64,000 nucleotides of DNA from an uncultured Planctomycetota bacterium (GCA_963719315.1 CAVRBU010000018.1:77213-141212); one strand, 5' to 3'; counted from the stretch's first letter, positions 19,602-31,800 are shown. Notes: generated by a model not told the origin, from the sequence alone. A program made the numbers and translations.

Positions 19602-21164
19602 ATGACGACATCCGCCGAAGACGCTCGATCAGCCGACGCTGCTAATCCCAATTCGGCCCGGCAGGCCGCGCTCGATTGGCTCAAGAGCCGCATCAACTAC
19701 GAGCGCACCGCGTTCGTGCCCTATCAAGAGCGGCAGCTCAAGCTCGATCGCATGCGCCAGCTTCTTACGCGGCTTGGCCAGCCGGATGCGGGCATGAAGA
19801 TCGTTCACGTGGCAGGCACCAAGGGCAAAGGCTCCACGTCCGCCATGGTCGCCGCGATGCTCACCGCCGCCGGCTATCGCACGGGCCTGTTCAGTTCGCC
19901 GCATTTGGAGCGAATCGAGGAGCGATTCGCCGTAGACGGCCAGCTTTGCACCGCTGATGAGTTGGCCACGCTCGTTGATCGCGTAAACGCCGTCGTGCGG
20001 CCGATGGACGAAGAAGCGGCGGCCGACGGCGATTCCGACGGCGGGCCAACCTATTTCGAAATCACGACGGCGATGGCGTTATTGCACTTCGTTGAACGCC
20101 AGGCTGACGCGGTCATTTTGGAGGTTGGCCTGGGCGGCCGGTTGGATTCGACCAATGTTTGCCTGCCTGCAGTGAGCGTGATCACGTCGATCAGTTTCGA
20201 TCACATGCGCCAGCTCGGCTACACACTGGCCGCGATTGCCGGCGAGAAGGCTGGAATTATCAAACCGGGTGTCCCGGTCATCAGTGGAGTAATCGATTCC
20301 GAGCCGCAGGCTGTCATCGCGAATATCGCCCGCGAGCATGGCTGCCGACTCATTCAATTGGGCCGCGATTTCCGGTTTACCTACCGGGTCGCAGTCGAGG
20401 GAAGGCAAGGAGACGATGAGATAAGGCGACAAGGAGAGGCAGGATCTCGGGTCTCCTTGTCTCCTAGTCTCCTTGTCTCCCCCTCTCCTCCTCTTCCCCT
20501 CTCCTTGTCAAGCACTCTAGGGACGATCGACTTCGAATACTTAATCTCTGGTCAGGAATACCAAATCGATCATGTGCCGTTAGCAATGCGCGGCCCGCAT
20601 CAGGCGGCTAACGCGGCGATTGCTCTGGCGACCGTGGCTGAGCTTCGCCATCAGGGTTGGTGCGTTTCTGGTGATGCGATGCGAACGGGATTGTCGCGAG
20701 CCGCGTTACCCGGGCGAGTCGAAATCTTGCCGGGCGATTCGACGATTGTGCTCGACACGGCCCATAATCCCGCTTCCGCCCGGGCGCTGGTCGAAACCCT
20801 TGCCGAATTGCCGGCGCCCCGACGCCGCACGCTAATCGTCTCCATGAGTTCCGACAAAGATGTGCCGGCCGTCGTTCGCGAGCTGGCGCCTTATTTTGAT
20901 CGAATCATTGCAACGCAATATCAGGATAACCCGCGTGCCGTGCCGGCCGATAAACTTGCGGAGATCGTCCGCCGTGAGCTAGCCGGACGTCCAACCGATG
21001 TCGTAACTTGCTTTACGCCGCGCGAGGCTTGGCGCGTTGCCACCCAATCGACGGTCCCGAACGAATGTATTTCAATTGCTGGGTCGTTCTTCTTGGCTGC
21101 CGAAATGCGCCCGTTGGTTCTCTCTGATTATGCGGCCGAAACTTCGAAGCCAGTCGTCCGATAG
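19602..21164 (+). CDS. folC: Folylpolyglutamate synthase/dihydrofolate synthase
   Basis: HVAGTKGKGST, FSSPHL..IEER, TYFEITTAMA, EVGLGGRLDSTN, EKAGIIK, PGRVE, LDTAHNP. Confidence 0.95.
   Translation: MTTSAEDARSADAANPNSARQAALDWLKSRINYERTAFVPYQERQLKLDRMRQLLTRLGQPDAGMKIVHVAGTKGKGSTSAMVAAMLTAAGYRTGLFSSPHLERIEERFAVDGQLCTADELATLVDRVNAVVRPMDEEAAADGDSDGGPTYFEITTAMALLHFVERQADAVILEVGLGGRLDSTNVCLPAVSVITSISFDHMRQLGYTLAAIAGEKAGIIKPGVPVISGVIDSEPQAVIANIAREHGCRLIQLGRDFRFTYRVAVEGRQGDDEIRRQGEAGSRVSLSPSLLVSPSPPLPLSLSSTLGTIDFEYLISGQEYQIDHVPLAMRGPHQAANAAIALATVAELRHQGWCVSGDAMRTGLSRAALPGRVEILPGDSTIVLDTAHNPASARALVETLAELPAPRRRTLIVSMSSDKDVPAVVRELAPYFDRIIATQYQDNPRAVPADKLAEIVRRELAGRPTDVVTCFTPREAWRVATQSTVPNECISIAGSFFLAAEMRPLVLSDYAAETSKPVVR
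20397..20509. repeat. Octamer-arm palindrome (GGAGACAA/TTGTCTCC) in frame within folC
   Basis: GGCAAGGAGACGATGAGATAAGGCGACAAGGAG ... GTCTCCTTGTCTCCTAGTCTCCTTGTCTCC; related intergenic copy at 43910-43988. Confidence 0.8.
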
Positions 21165-21286
21165 TGCCGCACGCGCGGCTGTTGGCATCGCTCCATCCGG
21201 ACCTCATCCTGCAGTTTCTTGATCAGTTGGGCAACGTATGGGTCGGCCCAGGGCAACATATCGCGAACGATCGCGCCTCGCGTCAT
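21128..21286 (-). CDS. Possible small protein (WADPYVAQLIKKLQ)
   Basis: Protein-like amphipathic segment; purine-rich sequence upstream; overlaps the 3' end of folC. Confidence 0.3.
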   Translation of the reverse strand: MTRGAIVRDMLPWADPYVAQLIKKLQDEVRMERCQQPRVRHYRTTGFEVSAA

Positions 21287-21931
21287 GCCACCCCGTTGTA
21301 GCTCCGAAACAGCCAACACCGTGCAACGAACTCGATTGAATGCGACCATAGTTCTGTCCCCCGACTTGAAGTGATTAGATTCGTGACAAGTTTGTGCGCC
21401 CAATTCGGTCGCACGCGGCTCTCACTGTGACGAGGTCGGTTCGAGGAGAACCGTAAGCGTCCTGCGTCGGTGAAAACGTCGCCATTCCCAATGGCGACGG
21501 CGGGGAGTAGAGCAGACCCCGTGCCAAAGGGCAAATCGGGGTAACCGATTCTCTGGATTGGAGTCGTAAGACTTTTGAGAATAATACTTTAACGCAATTT
21601 CAAGCCACTGCTAGCCAGCCGGCGAAGTGATGGATAAGGCCTGTTAGAATTACGCTCTGGGAGACAAGACCTACAAAGCGTAGCCGCAATCTACGGCTTT
21701 TCGACCTACCGGCCCTGAAGAAAATGGACCGGCTGTTGCATCGGCTCATCGACGAATTCTTCGGCCGCACGCCCCTAGGTGAGGCACGCGAACGACGCGA
21801 TCGTCGTCGCGACCAGGAGCAAAAGATTGCGTTGCGGCATCGAACCGAACCATCTCGTCAGGGCACGCTTGCTTGGCAAGTGGATTGTCCTGCCGAACCT
21901 TGTCAACGCAATGTAACCATCAATCAGAATG

Positions 21932-23266
21932 CTACCAATAGCCTTCGAGGCCGAAGGAAGCTCCGTGATAGAACGGGTCGCCGGTCGTATTGAGATACGA
22001 GAACTCGGGAATGAACGTCGCTTGCGACGGCGCCAACGCTACCGAGGTGAGATACATCAACTCGTACCCCGCCCGTAACGACACGTTGGGCGTAATGTGG
22101 AACCGACTTTGCAGCCTAAATTCGCCGACAAACGATAACTGGTTTTCTCGCAAGCGCAGATCTGAATCATTTGTATTATTGGCTGTGAACGTCAATTGAT
22201 TTCGGCCTAGTGCGTCGTTCAAGTAAACGCCGCCCTTGCCTAGGAACCCAACGCTCCAACGCGGTGCCTGATAGGTTATGCCGCCGCCCGATTGAAAGCC
22301 AAACAGGTCGTTGTCGGTACGAATGAAATAGTGCCCGTCGTCACCGACTACTGCGATGTCTTCAGCGCGCCAATCGAGCTTATCTTCCAATTCCATGAAT
22401 CGCAGACCGGCTAGGTATTCGCGCTCGATACCGGCATTGGCGGCGCGATGCCAGCCGCCGTTCGGGTCCATGACCAGTTGGTCGTGACCCAGGCGTTGCC
22501 GGACGCGATAGTTCATTTCAAAGCTTTTGTAATGACTCAGGTATTGAACGGTCTGGCGGCTGGAGCCGGAGAAAGAGATATTTCCGCCGTCGATAACGAA
22601 GGGCACGAAGAGTCCGAATGGTTGTTCCGACGTGATCACACGGTCCTGCTCCCAATTGCCGCCGCCGAAGGCCGTGAATTCGACGCTGTGGTCACGATTG
22701 CGGGAGTCGCGAAACAGGAAGTGTCCCAACGTGGTCCGCACCGATGCATCCTCCCCCGGGAGACTGCCGTTGATAATCAAGAGCCGATTTGTATTCAGGA
22801 AGATCGGGTTGAAGCCCAAGCTGGCGTTGTTTACCGGAGGAATCGTTACATTCGGATCCTGGGCGGCGAGCCGCTTGTCGCTCCGATCCCAAATCCGATT
22901 GAATACGACCGCATCCGCTTCAGCGTACCAGAAGCCGCGTTGAAGCCAGGTGCCGGTGCTTTCGATGGGAGCGATTTGGTTCCAAAGTCCGCCAACGTCC
23001 GGATACTCGCACTCCGCGCCGAGGTCGTAGTTCTGAACTTGGGGAGCGGCGAAGTCTTCCGAGGAACTCGGTCCCGGAAGTGATTCTTCCCCACCAATAG
23101 CCGGCGTGTACTGGGCAGAGCCCGTACCGCTCATTGTCTCCGCCGGCAGCGGCAAATCGGGCGGCGCTTCGTCGCCCCAACCGGATGACGGACCCTGGGC
23201 CCTTGCAACGCCGGCCCACAGTGCCGCCGTCATGATCAGCCCGATCAGTCTGGTCGAGTTGGTCAT
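21932..23266 (-). CDS. Planctomycete outer-membrane beta-barrel protein (BBP7-like)
   Basis: Signal peptide; WYAEADAVVF.R, LAGLRFM.L.D, TDNDLFGFQ.G, LRAGYE..Y...VALAP.Q, FYHGASFGLEGYW with terminal aromatic residue. Confidence 0.8.
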   Translation of the reverse strand: MTNSTRLIGLIMTAALWAGVARAQGPSSGWGDEAPPDLPLPAETMSGTGSAQYTPAIGGEESLPGPSSSEDFAAPQVQNYDLGAECEYPDVGGLWNQIAPIESTGTWLQRGFWYAEADAVVFNRIWDRSDKRLAAQDPNVTIPPVNNASLGFNPIFLNTNRLLIINGSLPGEDASVRTTLGHFLFRDSRNRDHSVEFTAFGGGNWEQDRVITSEQPFGLFVPFVIDGGNISFSGSSRQTVQYLSHYKSFEMNYRVRQRLGHDQLVMDPNGGWHRAANAGIEREYLAGLRFMELEDKLDWRAEDIAVVGDDGHYFIRTDNDLFGFQSGGGITYQAPRWSVGFLGKGGVYLNDALGRNQLTFTANNTNDSDLRLRENQLSFVGEFRLQSRFHITPNVSLRAGYELMYLTSVALAPSQATFIPEFSYLNTTGDPFYHGASFGLEGYW

Positions 23267-23604
23267 GGATTTGATCTCCCCCCAAGCCAAAAGCCGAACT
23301 GGCAATAATTGTGAACGTGGGTTTTTCCAGCGACGCCCGATTTAGCCAGCGCAAATCGCTTCAAATGCCGCCGGGGCAATTCCTGTGAATCGTTAATCGG
23401 CCCACCCCCGGCCGTTAATGCAGCAATAACCGGTAGAATCGGAGGAATCGTTCTTCTCAACGCGATCCACAATTGTTCCGCATCTTCTCCGGACCGCGGT
23501 TTTTGAGCAGCTTCTCATGCAAAGTTCCCTTGCGGCCCATGCTGCGATATCATTGGCGGTGCAGCCCAACACTAAACGCACCGCCGAGTAGGAGGGAGCT
23601 AGCA

Positions 23605-24660
23605 ATGTCGTCACCCCTGCAGTCGTTAATCGCCACCGGGACCAAGCTCTGGCTCGATTCGGTGGACCCCGAACTGGTGAAGACCAATCGAGCGCTCGGC
23701 GCGACGGGGGCAACGTCCAACCCAATTATCATCTCCAACCTCATCGAAGCCGGAGAATTCGACCAACAGCTCGATAACCTGCTGCAGGAAAAAGAGCTGA
23801 GCGATGAAGAAGTCGCCTGGCAGCTAACTGACCGCGTAGTGCGTTCCGCTCAAGAGGTTTTCCGGCCCGTGTGGGACAAAACGAAAGGCGGCGACGGCTA
23901 CGTGAGTTTTGAGCTCGATCCGCTGCTCGAAGACCCGGCCAATACGCTCTCACACGAAGCCCGCGTAGCTCGCTATGTGGAGCTAGGCGTCAAGTGGTCG
24001 AAAGGTCACGAAAACCGCATGATCAAAGTGCCGGCGACACCCGCGGGGCTGGATGCGCTGGAGGAACTGTGTGCGGCCGGCGTTACGCTCAACGTCACAC
24101 TGATCTTCACGATGCGTCAATACGAGGCGGCCCGCGACTCCGTTTGGCGCGGTGCGCAGCGTCGTTCGTCGCTGGATCGGTTCAAAAGCGTGTACAGCAT
24201 CTTTGTGTCGCGCGTGGATGTTTACACGGAAAAGCACGTGCCAGAACTTTCACCGGCGGCACAGGGACAGGTTGGTATTGTCGGCGCGAAGCGGATTTGG
24301 AAAGCCAACCAACAGTTTTGGGCCCCGAAGCGCACACCGTTGCGGCAGGAAATGATCTTCGCCAGCACCGGCACCAAGCGACCCGAAGACCCGCCGTGGA
24401 AATACGTCGAGGCGCTCGCCGGCAGCGACATTCAAACGAACCCGCCGGCGACGAACGCCGCGGTAGAAAAAAGCGGCCGCACATTTAAGCGCATGGTGGA
24501 TCAGTTGCCGCCGGCGAATGTGCTGGCCGAAATCGATGACAAGGTAAACATTGAGAATTTGGAAACGGTCTTGATGCGCGAAGGAGTTGCCAAGTTCGCC
24601 GATCCACAGAAATCGCTGCTCAAACTTCTCGCCGACCGGCGACGCTCGCAGGCCAAGTAG
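23605..24660 (+). CDS. tal: Transaldolase family protein
   Basis: [54 protein letters not shown]. Confidence 0.9.
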   Translation: MSSPLQSLIATGTKLWLDSVDPELVKTNRALGATGATSNPIIISNLIEAGEFDQQLDNLLQEKELSDEEVAWQLTDRVVRSAQEVFRPVWDKTKGGDGYVSFELDPLLEDPANTLSHEARVARYVELGVKWSKGHENRMIKVPATPAGLDALEELCAAGVTLNVTLIFTMRQYEAARDSVWRGAQRRSSLDRFKSVYSIFVSRVDVYTEKHVPELSPAAQGQVGIVGAKRIWKANQQFWAPKRTPLRQEMIFASTGTKRPEDPPWKYVEALAGSDIQTNPPATNAAVEKSGRTFKRMVDQLPPANVLAEIDDKVNIENLETVLMREGVAKFADPQKSLLKLLADRRRSQAK

Positions 24661-24873
24661 CTGCGGGGGCGGTGTGGAATGCATCCTCTAACGCTCTGGG
24701 GGCTCGCTGGGGCTCGGCCCCAGCCACCCTACTCTTGAGTCTCGTTCGCGGGTCGCCAAAAGTGGCGTAATCTGTTACGATCTGATCGGTTGGCGTCGTC
24801 CGCGCGTGGCGTTCGCCGTGTCCGCGTTTATCATCAATCCGCCATGCTTTTCAGCCGTTGTGGATAATTCAAT

Positions 24874-27007
24874 ATGGCAGTCGATCCTTACGCAATTTGT
24901 CCCTGCGGCAGCGGCAAGAAGCTGAAGTTCTGTTGCTCCGATCTCGTCGGCGAGATCGAGAAGATTCACCGCATGATCGAAGGCGAGCAGCCGCGGGCCG
25001 CGCTGCGACACGTGGAGCAAACGCTTGCCACACACCCGGGCCGCGCGTCGCTGCTGGACTTGAAGGCCACGCTCGAACTTTCGCTGGGCGAAATCGATGC
25101 GGCCCGCGAAACGATCGCCGAATTCGTGGCCGCCAACCAAGATAGCCCAACGGCACACGCCTGCCACGCGCTACTTCTGGCCGAACTGCGCGAGTCGCGT
25201 CCGGCGATCGAAGCGCTGCAGAAAGCGCTCGCCTTGGTGGATCACGAGATGCCGCTCCGCGTTTACGAAGCGCTGGGCGCTGTGGGGGGCGCGCTGTTGG
25301 AGGCCGGCCATATTCTGGCCGCTCAGGCGCATTTGTGGCTGCACGCCGCGCTCGCGCCGAAGGAAGATTCGCGGGCCCGCGAGGTGTTGGCGGCGCTCAA
25401 TCACTATTCCGGATTGCCATTGCTGCTGCGAGATCAGCTCCGCTTTCGGCAATGGCCGCAGGATGCGCCATGGACGGGCGAAGCGGAAAAGGCGTCGCGC
25501 TTGGCCGATCATGGCAAGTGGCAGCAGGCTGTCGCTGTCATCGACCGCTTGGGAGCCAAGTATGGCGCCGACCCGACGCTCGTTTTCAATCGGGCTCTAC
25601 TTGGCGGTTGGCTGGCCGACGATCGAGCGCTCGTTGCCGGGCTGCACGCTTACGCCCAAATGGACGTGCCGCCGGATGGCGCCATCGAGGCCGAGGCCGT
25701 CGCTCAGTTGCTCGATGCCGATTTGAAAGAGCCCCGGCTCGACTCGGTCATCCAAGCCTTTGCAATCAACGACCAGGATCAGCTCATCGCGCGGTTGGTC
25801 TCCGACAAGCGCGTGCAACCTTTCGAGATGGACCCGGAAGCGTTTGCCGATCGCGAACAGCCGCGTCCTCGGCAAACGTACGTGCTGCTCGATCGACCGA
25901 TGCCGGAATCGGGCATTGGAATCGCGCGCGACGCGGTGCCTCGCCTCGCCGGCGTGTTGGCAATTTACGGTCGTCAGACTGATCGGCCCGAGCGGATCGA
26001 ACTTACGATCGACAAAGGGCCGATTTTCGACACGGCTGTAAATTCTCTCCGAGAGATCGGCGGCAATGCATTGGGTGACGTCGTCGAGGAAAAAGTCATC
26101 GGTTCCGTCTCGCGCACAGAGCTGGCGCTCAATTGGCGCTGGCATCCGCCGCGCGATACGCCGCCGGACGTGCGCCGCCAACTCATAGAAGACGAGCGAC
26201 GCGCGGCCATTGTCGAGCGCTGGCCGACGCTGCCGCAGCCGGCACTGCAGGGCAAGACGGCTCAAGAGGCAACGACCGACTCGGAGCTTCACATCTCGCT
26301 GTTGGCCAGCGTTCTGATTTTGGAGCAGGGCAGCAACTCGGACCGCGATACCGAATCGATTGCCGAGTTGCGGCGCAACCTGAACCTGCCGCAGCCGGAG
26401 ACGATTGACCCGGCCGGTCAGCCCATAAGTGGGCTGCCCCTGGTCCGCATTTCTCGGTTAAAAATGGAGGCCGTCTCCGACGACGATCTTGCTGTGTTGT
26501 ACCGGCGGGCAATCGTTGTCGGCGCTCAAGCAGCCCTGCTGCGATTGGCGCGAAGCTGTACGCCGCCCTTCGATTGCCGACCGGATTCCTCCGGCTGACG
26601 CCTATCAACGCCTGGTCGCCTCTGAACGCGATCCGCGGAAGGCTCTCGCGCTCATTCAAGAGGCGCGGCAGCACACGCAAGCGGCCGGCATGTCCACGGC
26701 CACTTGGGACCTGGCAGAGTTGGAGCTGCACATCACCAGCGGCAACGTGGACGAAGCAAAAGAGCTGCTTGGCCGCATCGAGCGCGACCATCGCGACGAT
26801 CCGCAAGTCGCAGCCGCGCTTTACCAATTGCTATACGAAACGGGCGTCATTCCCGATCAAACGCCGTCCCCCGCACATGACCACACGCATGCCCATGCCC
26901 CGGCCATGGCCAGCACCGCAGACGCCGAGCCTGCGGCGGGCCGCATTTGGACGCCCGACAGCGATCGACCGGCCGGCGGGAAATCGGCTCTCTGGACCCC
27001 TTCCTAG
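24874..27007 (+). CDS. SEC-C (Zn-binding) motif plus TPR-like protein (1-bp frameshift near 26550)
   Basis: N-terminal DPYAICPCGSGKKLKFCC; helical repeats; continues in the 26489-27007 frame. Confidence 0.75.
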
Positions 27008-27027
27008 TCAGCGGCGATAAATTCCAC

Positions 27028-28154
27028 GTGGCACGCCGCGCGAACGACGACGAACGATTCATGGCCCACGCCCTGGCACTGGCCCTGCGCGGTCAGGGAG
27101 CCGTCGAACCTAATCCGATGGTCGGATGCGTGATCGTTCGCGACGGTGAGATCGTCGGCAAAGGGTTCCACGAGCGATTCGGCGGTCCCCACGCGGAAGT
27201 GAACGCGCTCGCTGAAGCCGGCGACGACGCTTCGGGCGCAACGGCCTACGTAACGCTCGAGCCCTGCTGCCACCATGGCAAGACGCCGCCCTGCACCGAG
27301 GCGCTCGTGCGGGCCGGCGTCAAGCGGGTCGTGATTGCAACACAAGACCCGTATTCAGAAGTTTGCGGTCGCGGCATCAAGGAACTGGAAGCGGCCGGCG
27401 TTCAGTGCGATCTCGGCCCGCACAGCGCCGAAGCACTTTGGATCTTGCGCCCTACCGCAAGCTGATTGAAATCACGCAACCTTGGATGATCGCCAAATGG
27501 GCCATGACGCTTGATGGCAAACTCGCCACGCGTACAGGCAACAGCCAGTGGATTTCGAGCGAGGCGTCCCGGGCGGTGGTCCATCAACTCCGAGGCCGAG
27601 TGGATGCCGTCGTCGTCGGCAGCGGCACCGCCCGCACGGATAATCCGCTGCTCACCGCTCGGCCGGCAAGCCTCTCGGATCTGAAGCGAACTGCGACTCG
27701 CATCGTTGTGGATTCGGCGGCCACACTGAGTCTCGATAGTCGCCTGGTGCAAACGGCTTCCGACGTGCCGGTGCTGGTCGCCGTCGGCGACGAGGCCCCA
27801 GCTAAGTCCTGCGATCAATTGGCGGCTGCTGGCGTTGAAGTTCTTCGGTGTGGCGGAGCAGCGCATGAAGAGCGCATCGCCGCACTTCTCGATGAGCTAG
27901 GCCGCCGACACATGACGAACGTTTTGGTCGAAGGCGGCAGTAAGTTGCTGGGTTCGCTGTTTGATTTGGGCGCGGTCGACGAAGTCCATGTCTTCATCGC
28001 ACCCAAATTCGCTGGCGGAGACTCAGCTCCCAGCCCTGTTGGCGGCGCCGGAATCGAGCGGATGGCGGACTCGCTAAAACTCGCCGATATCTCGATCGAA
28101 GAACTTGAAGGCGATGTCTATGTCCACGGCCGGATCGCAAAGAGGGTGCATTGA
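27028..28154 (+). CDS. ribD: Bifunctional riboflavin biosynthesis deaminase/reductase (1-bp frameshift near 27447)
   Basis: PNPMVGCVIV, HAEVNAL, VTLEPCCHHGKTPPC; then KWAMTLDGK, QWISS, DNPLLTAR, LVEGG. Confidence 0.92.
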
Positions 28155-28189
28155 ACGCATTCTGTAAACTGATGCCCTTCGCTCGCGAT

Positions 28190-28873
28190 TTAGCTCTCGA
28201 CCAATTCCATCACCGCCCAGCACGTTGGGTCTTCCTGAAACGGAAATGCCGGACCCGATGCAAAAGTTTGCAGCCCCAGCTCGCGGTCGTACACCGAATA
28301 AGTAAAGCCGATCTGTCGGTGCTGTTGCGGATCGTAACCGCCGAGAGCGATCGCCGGTATGAAGGTGGCTAGCGAGTATCCATTCTTGGTAATCTTCGAC
28401 ACCATTTGCAATTCGCGCGGCCGAATTGGCCGGGCGTTTTCGCGGGCGCGGTTAATTAACAATTGATCCGCGACAGGCTCTGCATTGCCCGAGCCGCCGC
28501 CGGCGGGCAGAAACGCGTAGCGGTGGCAATACCGACTGGCTCGGTGGATATTCAGCGTTGCCCGGGTGTCGATCCAAACTTGGAAACCGTCGCTGTCTTC
28601 AAGCCGTTCGTCACGGCACCACACCGGTTGTTCCTTCCCCATCACGCTCACGTTGAACAGCAACCCGTGCGGATTCCAGGCCGCACGCACGTCGGCGAAC
28701 TGCCGTTCGCGATCGTCGCTGCCGGCGTCCAATTCGGCCAGATTCAAGAGCCGGTACGTTTCATCGAGCGCGACGCCACCGGCCTTCCAGTTCGCATCGT
28801 GGCGCAGTACTGGCACTGCGAATCGAAACAGGAAGCGCGGGGCCAGGAGCGTATTGTGTTGAGGTTCAGCCAT
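28190..28873 (-). CDS. Hypothetical protein, CBM9/DOMON-like fold, directly downstream of uvrA
   Basis: FADVRAAWN..GL.F.V.V, DGFQVWIDTR, GY.L..FIP..AL.GYD. Confidence 0.65.
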   Translation of the reverse strand: MAEPQHNTLLAPRFLFRFAVPVLRHDANWKAGGVALDETYRLLNLAELDAGSDDRERQFADVRAAWNPHGLLFNVSVMGKEQPVWCRDERLEDSDGFQVWIDTRATLNIHRASRYCHRYAFLPAGGGSGNAEPVADQLLINRARENARPIRPRELQMVSKITKNGYSLATFIPAIALGGYDPQQHRQIGFTYSVYDRELGLQTFASGPAFPFQEDPTCWAVMELVES

Positions 28874-28882
28874 GTTCAAGGG

Positions 28883-31800
28883 TTATGCCGTGAGCGAATG
28901 TTGTGCTCCGAGTGATTCCACGTGCACACGCAAGAACGCGGCCACGTTTTCCGCGTGCAACTCGTCGCTGGTGACGAATCGCAGCTTCACCTGGTCGCGG
29001 TCTTCGGCATCGGTTTCCAGCGATCGCGTCGTACCCAACTCGGCGACGCTGCCCAACTGAAATGCGCCCTTCGGCCCATTAAGGATGAGATCGATGCCGC
29101 CAAGCCGTTTGGTGAACACCGTAGCCCACGGCTTCCGCACGCCTGGCACCATGAGATACACGACGTTCTGATTGTTCCACAGAAACTGTCCATCAGGTAC
29201 GATTTCGGAGAGCATCTCGAGCAACTCTTCGAGCACTTCAGGCTTCCACTCAGTTTTCTTGCCGGGCGGAAATCCCTTGCGCGAAAGGTGCCACTTTTGG
29301 CCGAGCACTTTCCACGGCATCACGTCTTCGGGCTTCGATTCGACGCGGGCCGCGAATTTCTGGAAGCCTGCGACCGCCCGTTCGACGAATGACCAGAACG
29401 CCGGCGTATCGATTTCCTCCCACGAGTGGGCGTCGATCTGCACTTCTTGCCACGGGCCCCGGAGCGTTTTGCACTTCACGCGCGGGCCTCGGCCGTAGGC
29501 TTCGATCTCATCGACGTCGTTGAGCGGCTTGAGGTCCAATTCGGTCACGAGCGTATCACGATCGAACGTTTTTTTAGCCGTGCGGAATTTCAGTTTCACC
29601 AGCCACCTTTCGCCGGTAATCGCGTGGAAAAACCATCCATCGGCTTTCTTCGCGCCGGTGATTTCGACGATCGTGCGGTTATTCCAATTCGTCGGTGCGA
29701 AGTCGCCCAAGTCTTGGATGCGTTGCTCAATCGTGTCGAGAATGCGGCCATCCCATCGGCAGAGACGACCGTCGCGGCCGACGCGGTTTTTCGTGTGCCA
29801 GCCGCGGCCATCGACTTCCCAGGGCATCCGCGTGTCGCTTCCGACGTCGTCGATGTCCAATTCCTTATCGGCAGTGATCGGCGCTACGGCTTCTGGATCA
29901 TAGATCTTGCGTTCCACGATCGGGCCCGCCGCCAGCACGGGCGCGAGGGCGGCGGCAGTGTGGGAAACAAGTGGGGAGTGTGAAGTGGGGATTGGGGAGT
30001 TCGATCGTTTCGACTTCTTGCGCTTTATTCCCAATTCCTCATTCCCCATTCCCAACTGAACTACCTGCTCGGGCGTGCCGCAGATAACGACGGTCCCACC
30101 CTCGGCGCCGGCTTCGGGGCCGAGATCGATCACCCAGTCGGCCGTTTTGATGACGTCTAAGTTGTGTTCGATGACGATGACCGTATTGCCCTGATCCACG
30201 AGTCGGTTGAGCACATCGAGCAACTTTGCCAGGTCGTCAAAGTGGAGGCCGGTGGTAGGCTCATCGAGCAGGTACAGTGTTTGGCCCGTATCGGGCCGGG
30301 CCAATTCGGCGGCCAGCTTCACGCGCTGCGCTTCGCCGCCGGAGAGCGTCGGCGCGCTTTGGCCGAGCGTGAGGTAATCGAGCCCAACATCGCACAGCGT
30401 TTGCAGAATGCGGCGAATCTTTGGAATGTTGCCAAACAGTTCGACGGCTTGACGGCACGATAGGTTGAGCACATCGGCAATGCTCTTGCCGCGGAATTGA
30501 ACTTCCAGAACGTCGCGGTTGTAACGCAGGCCGCGGCACGTGTCGCACTCGACCCAGATATCGGGCAAGAAGTGCATCTGGATGCATATCTGGCCGTTGC
30601 CTTCGCAGGCTTCGCACCTGCCGCCCGGCACGTTGAAGCTGAACCGCCGCGCCGTGTATCCGCGGAGCTTTGATTCCGGCAGTTGCGAAAACAAGTGGCG
30701 AATGAGTTCGAACACGCCCGTGTACGTGGCCGGGTTCGATGTCGGCGTATTCCCGAGCGGCTGTTGGTCGACGCGAATTACCTTGTTGATCAGCTCAATG
30801 CCGCAGATCGATTCGTGGGCGCCCGGCACGGTGCTCGCGCGATGGAGTGTCTTGGCAAGCTGGTTGTAGAGAATGTCTTCGACCAACGAGCTTTTGCCGC
30901 TGCCGCTGACGCCGGTTACGGCCGTCAGTGTGCCCAGCGGGAACTTGACGTTGATATTCTTGAGATTGTTGTGCCGAGCGCCGATGATCTCGAGGAAGGG
31001 GTGGGCTGCGAGGAGCGAGGAGCGAGTGCCATTTTTTTTCTCGCCACTCGCTTTTCGCTCCTCGATCCTCCGCGTCTTCGGTACGCCAATCGCCTTTTTG
31101 CCGCTGAGATACGGGCCGGTGACGCTGCCCCGCTTTCGTGAGACTACATCGGGTGAGCCTGAGGCGACGATCTGACCACCGAGGCGACCCGCGCCAGGGC
31201 CAAAGTCGAATAGGCCATCCGCACTCGATACGACCTCTCGATCGTGCTCCACGATCAGCAGCGTATTGCCCAAATCGCGAAGTTTTTCGAGCGCCAGAAT
31301 AAGCCGCGAATTATCGCGCGGGTGCAGACCGATCGTGGGCTCGTCGAGCACGTACAGCACGCCGCACAAGCCGCTGCCGACCTGGCTTGCGAGCCGAATT
31401 CGCTGGGCTTCGCCGCCGGAAAGCGTCGGACCGCTACGACCGAGCGTCAAATAATTGAGCCCGACATCGACCAGGAACGTGAGCCGGCTCTCGATTTCGC
31501 GGATGAGCTCGCCGGCCACTTTCTTTTCGTTCGCGGCCAGTTTCCACTTTTTCACCTGCCCGAGCAGATCGCTCAGCGGAGTCCGACCGATCTGATCGAG
31601 CGTCCGATCCCGGAATCGCACCGCGGCCGCATCATCACGCAGCCGGCTGCCGCCACACTCACTACAATCGATCTCGCCAATGAAGTGCTCAAGTAGTGCC
31701 CGCAACCGCGCAGAGAGTTTAGAGGCTTCTTCGAGCGCCGGGTAAAGACCTTTGTATTGAAAGCGAAACCGTAGCCGCGCGGAAGGCGCGGATTTTGCTT

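Noticed and set aside
4195..21777. Amber recoding suggested by two in-frame TAGs (4195, 21775)
   Set aside because: thrS, infC, rpmI, rplT and pheS all end normally at TAG.
27440..27455. Programmed frameshift between the ribD domains
   Set aside because: No slippery heptamer; matches the window-wide deletion error pattern.
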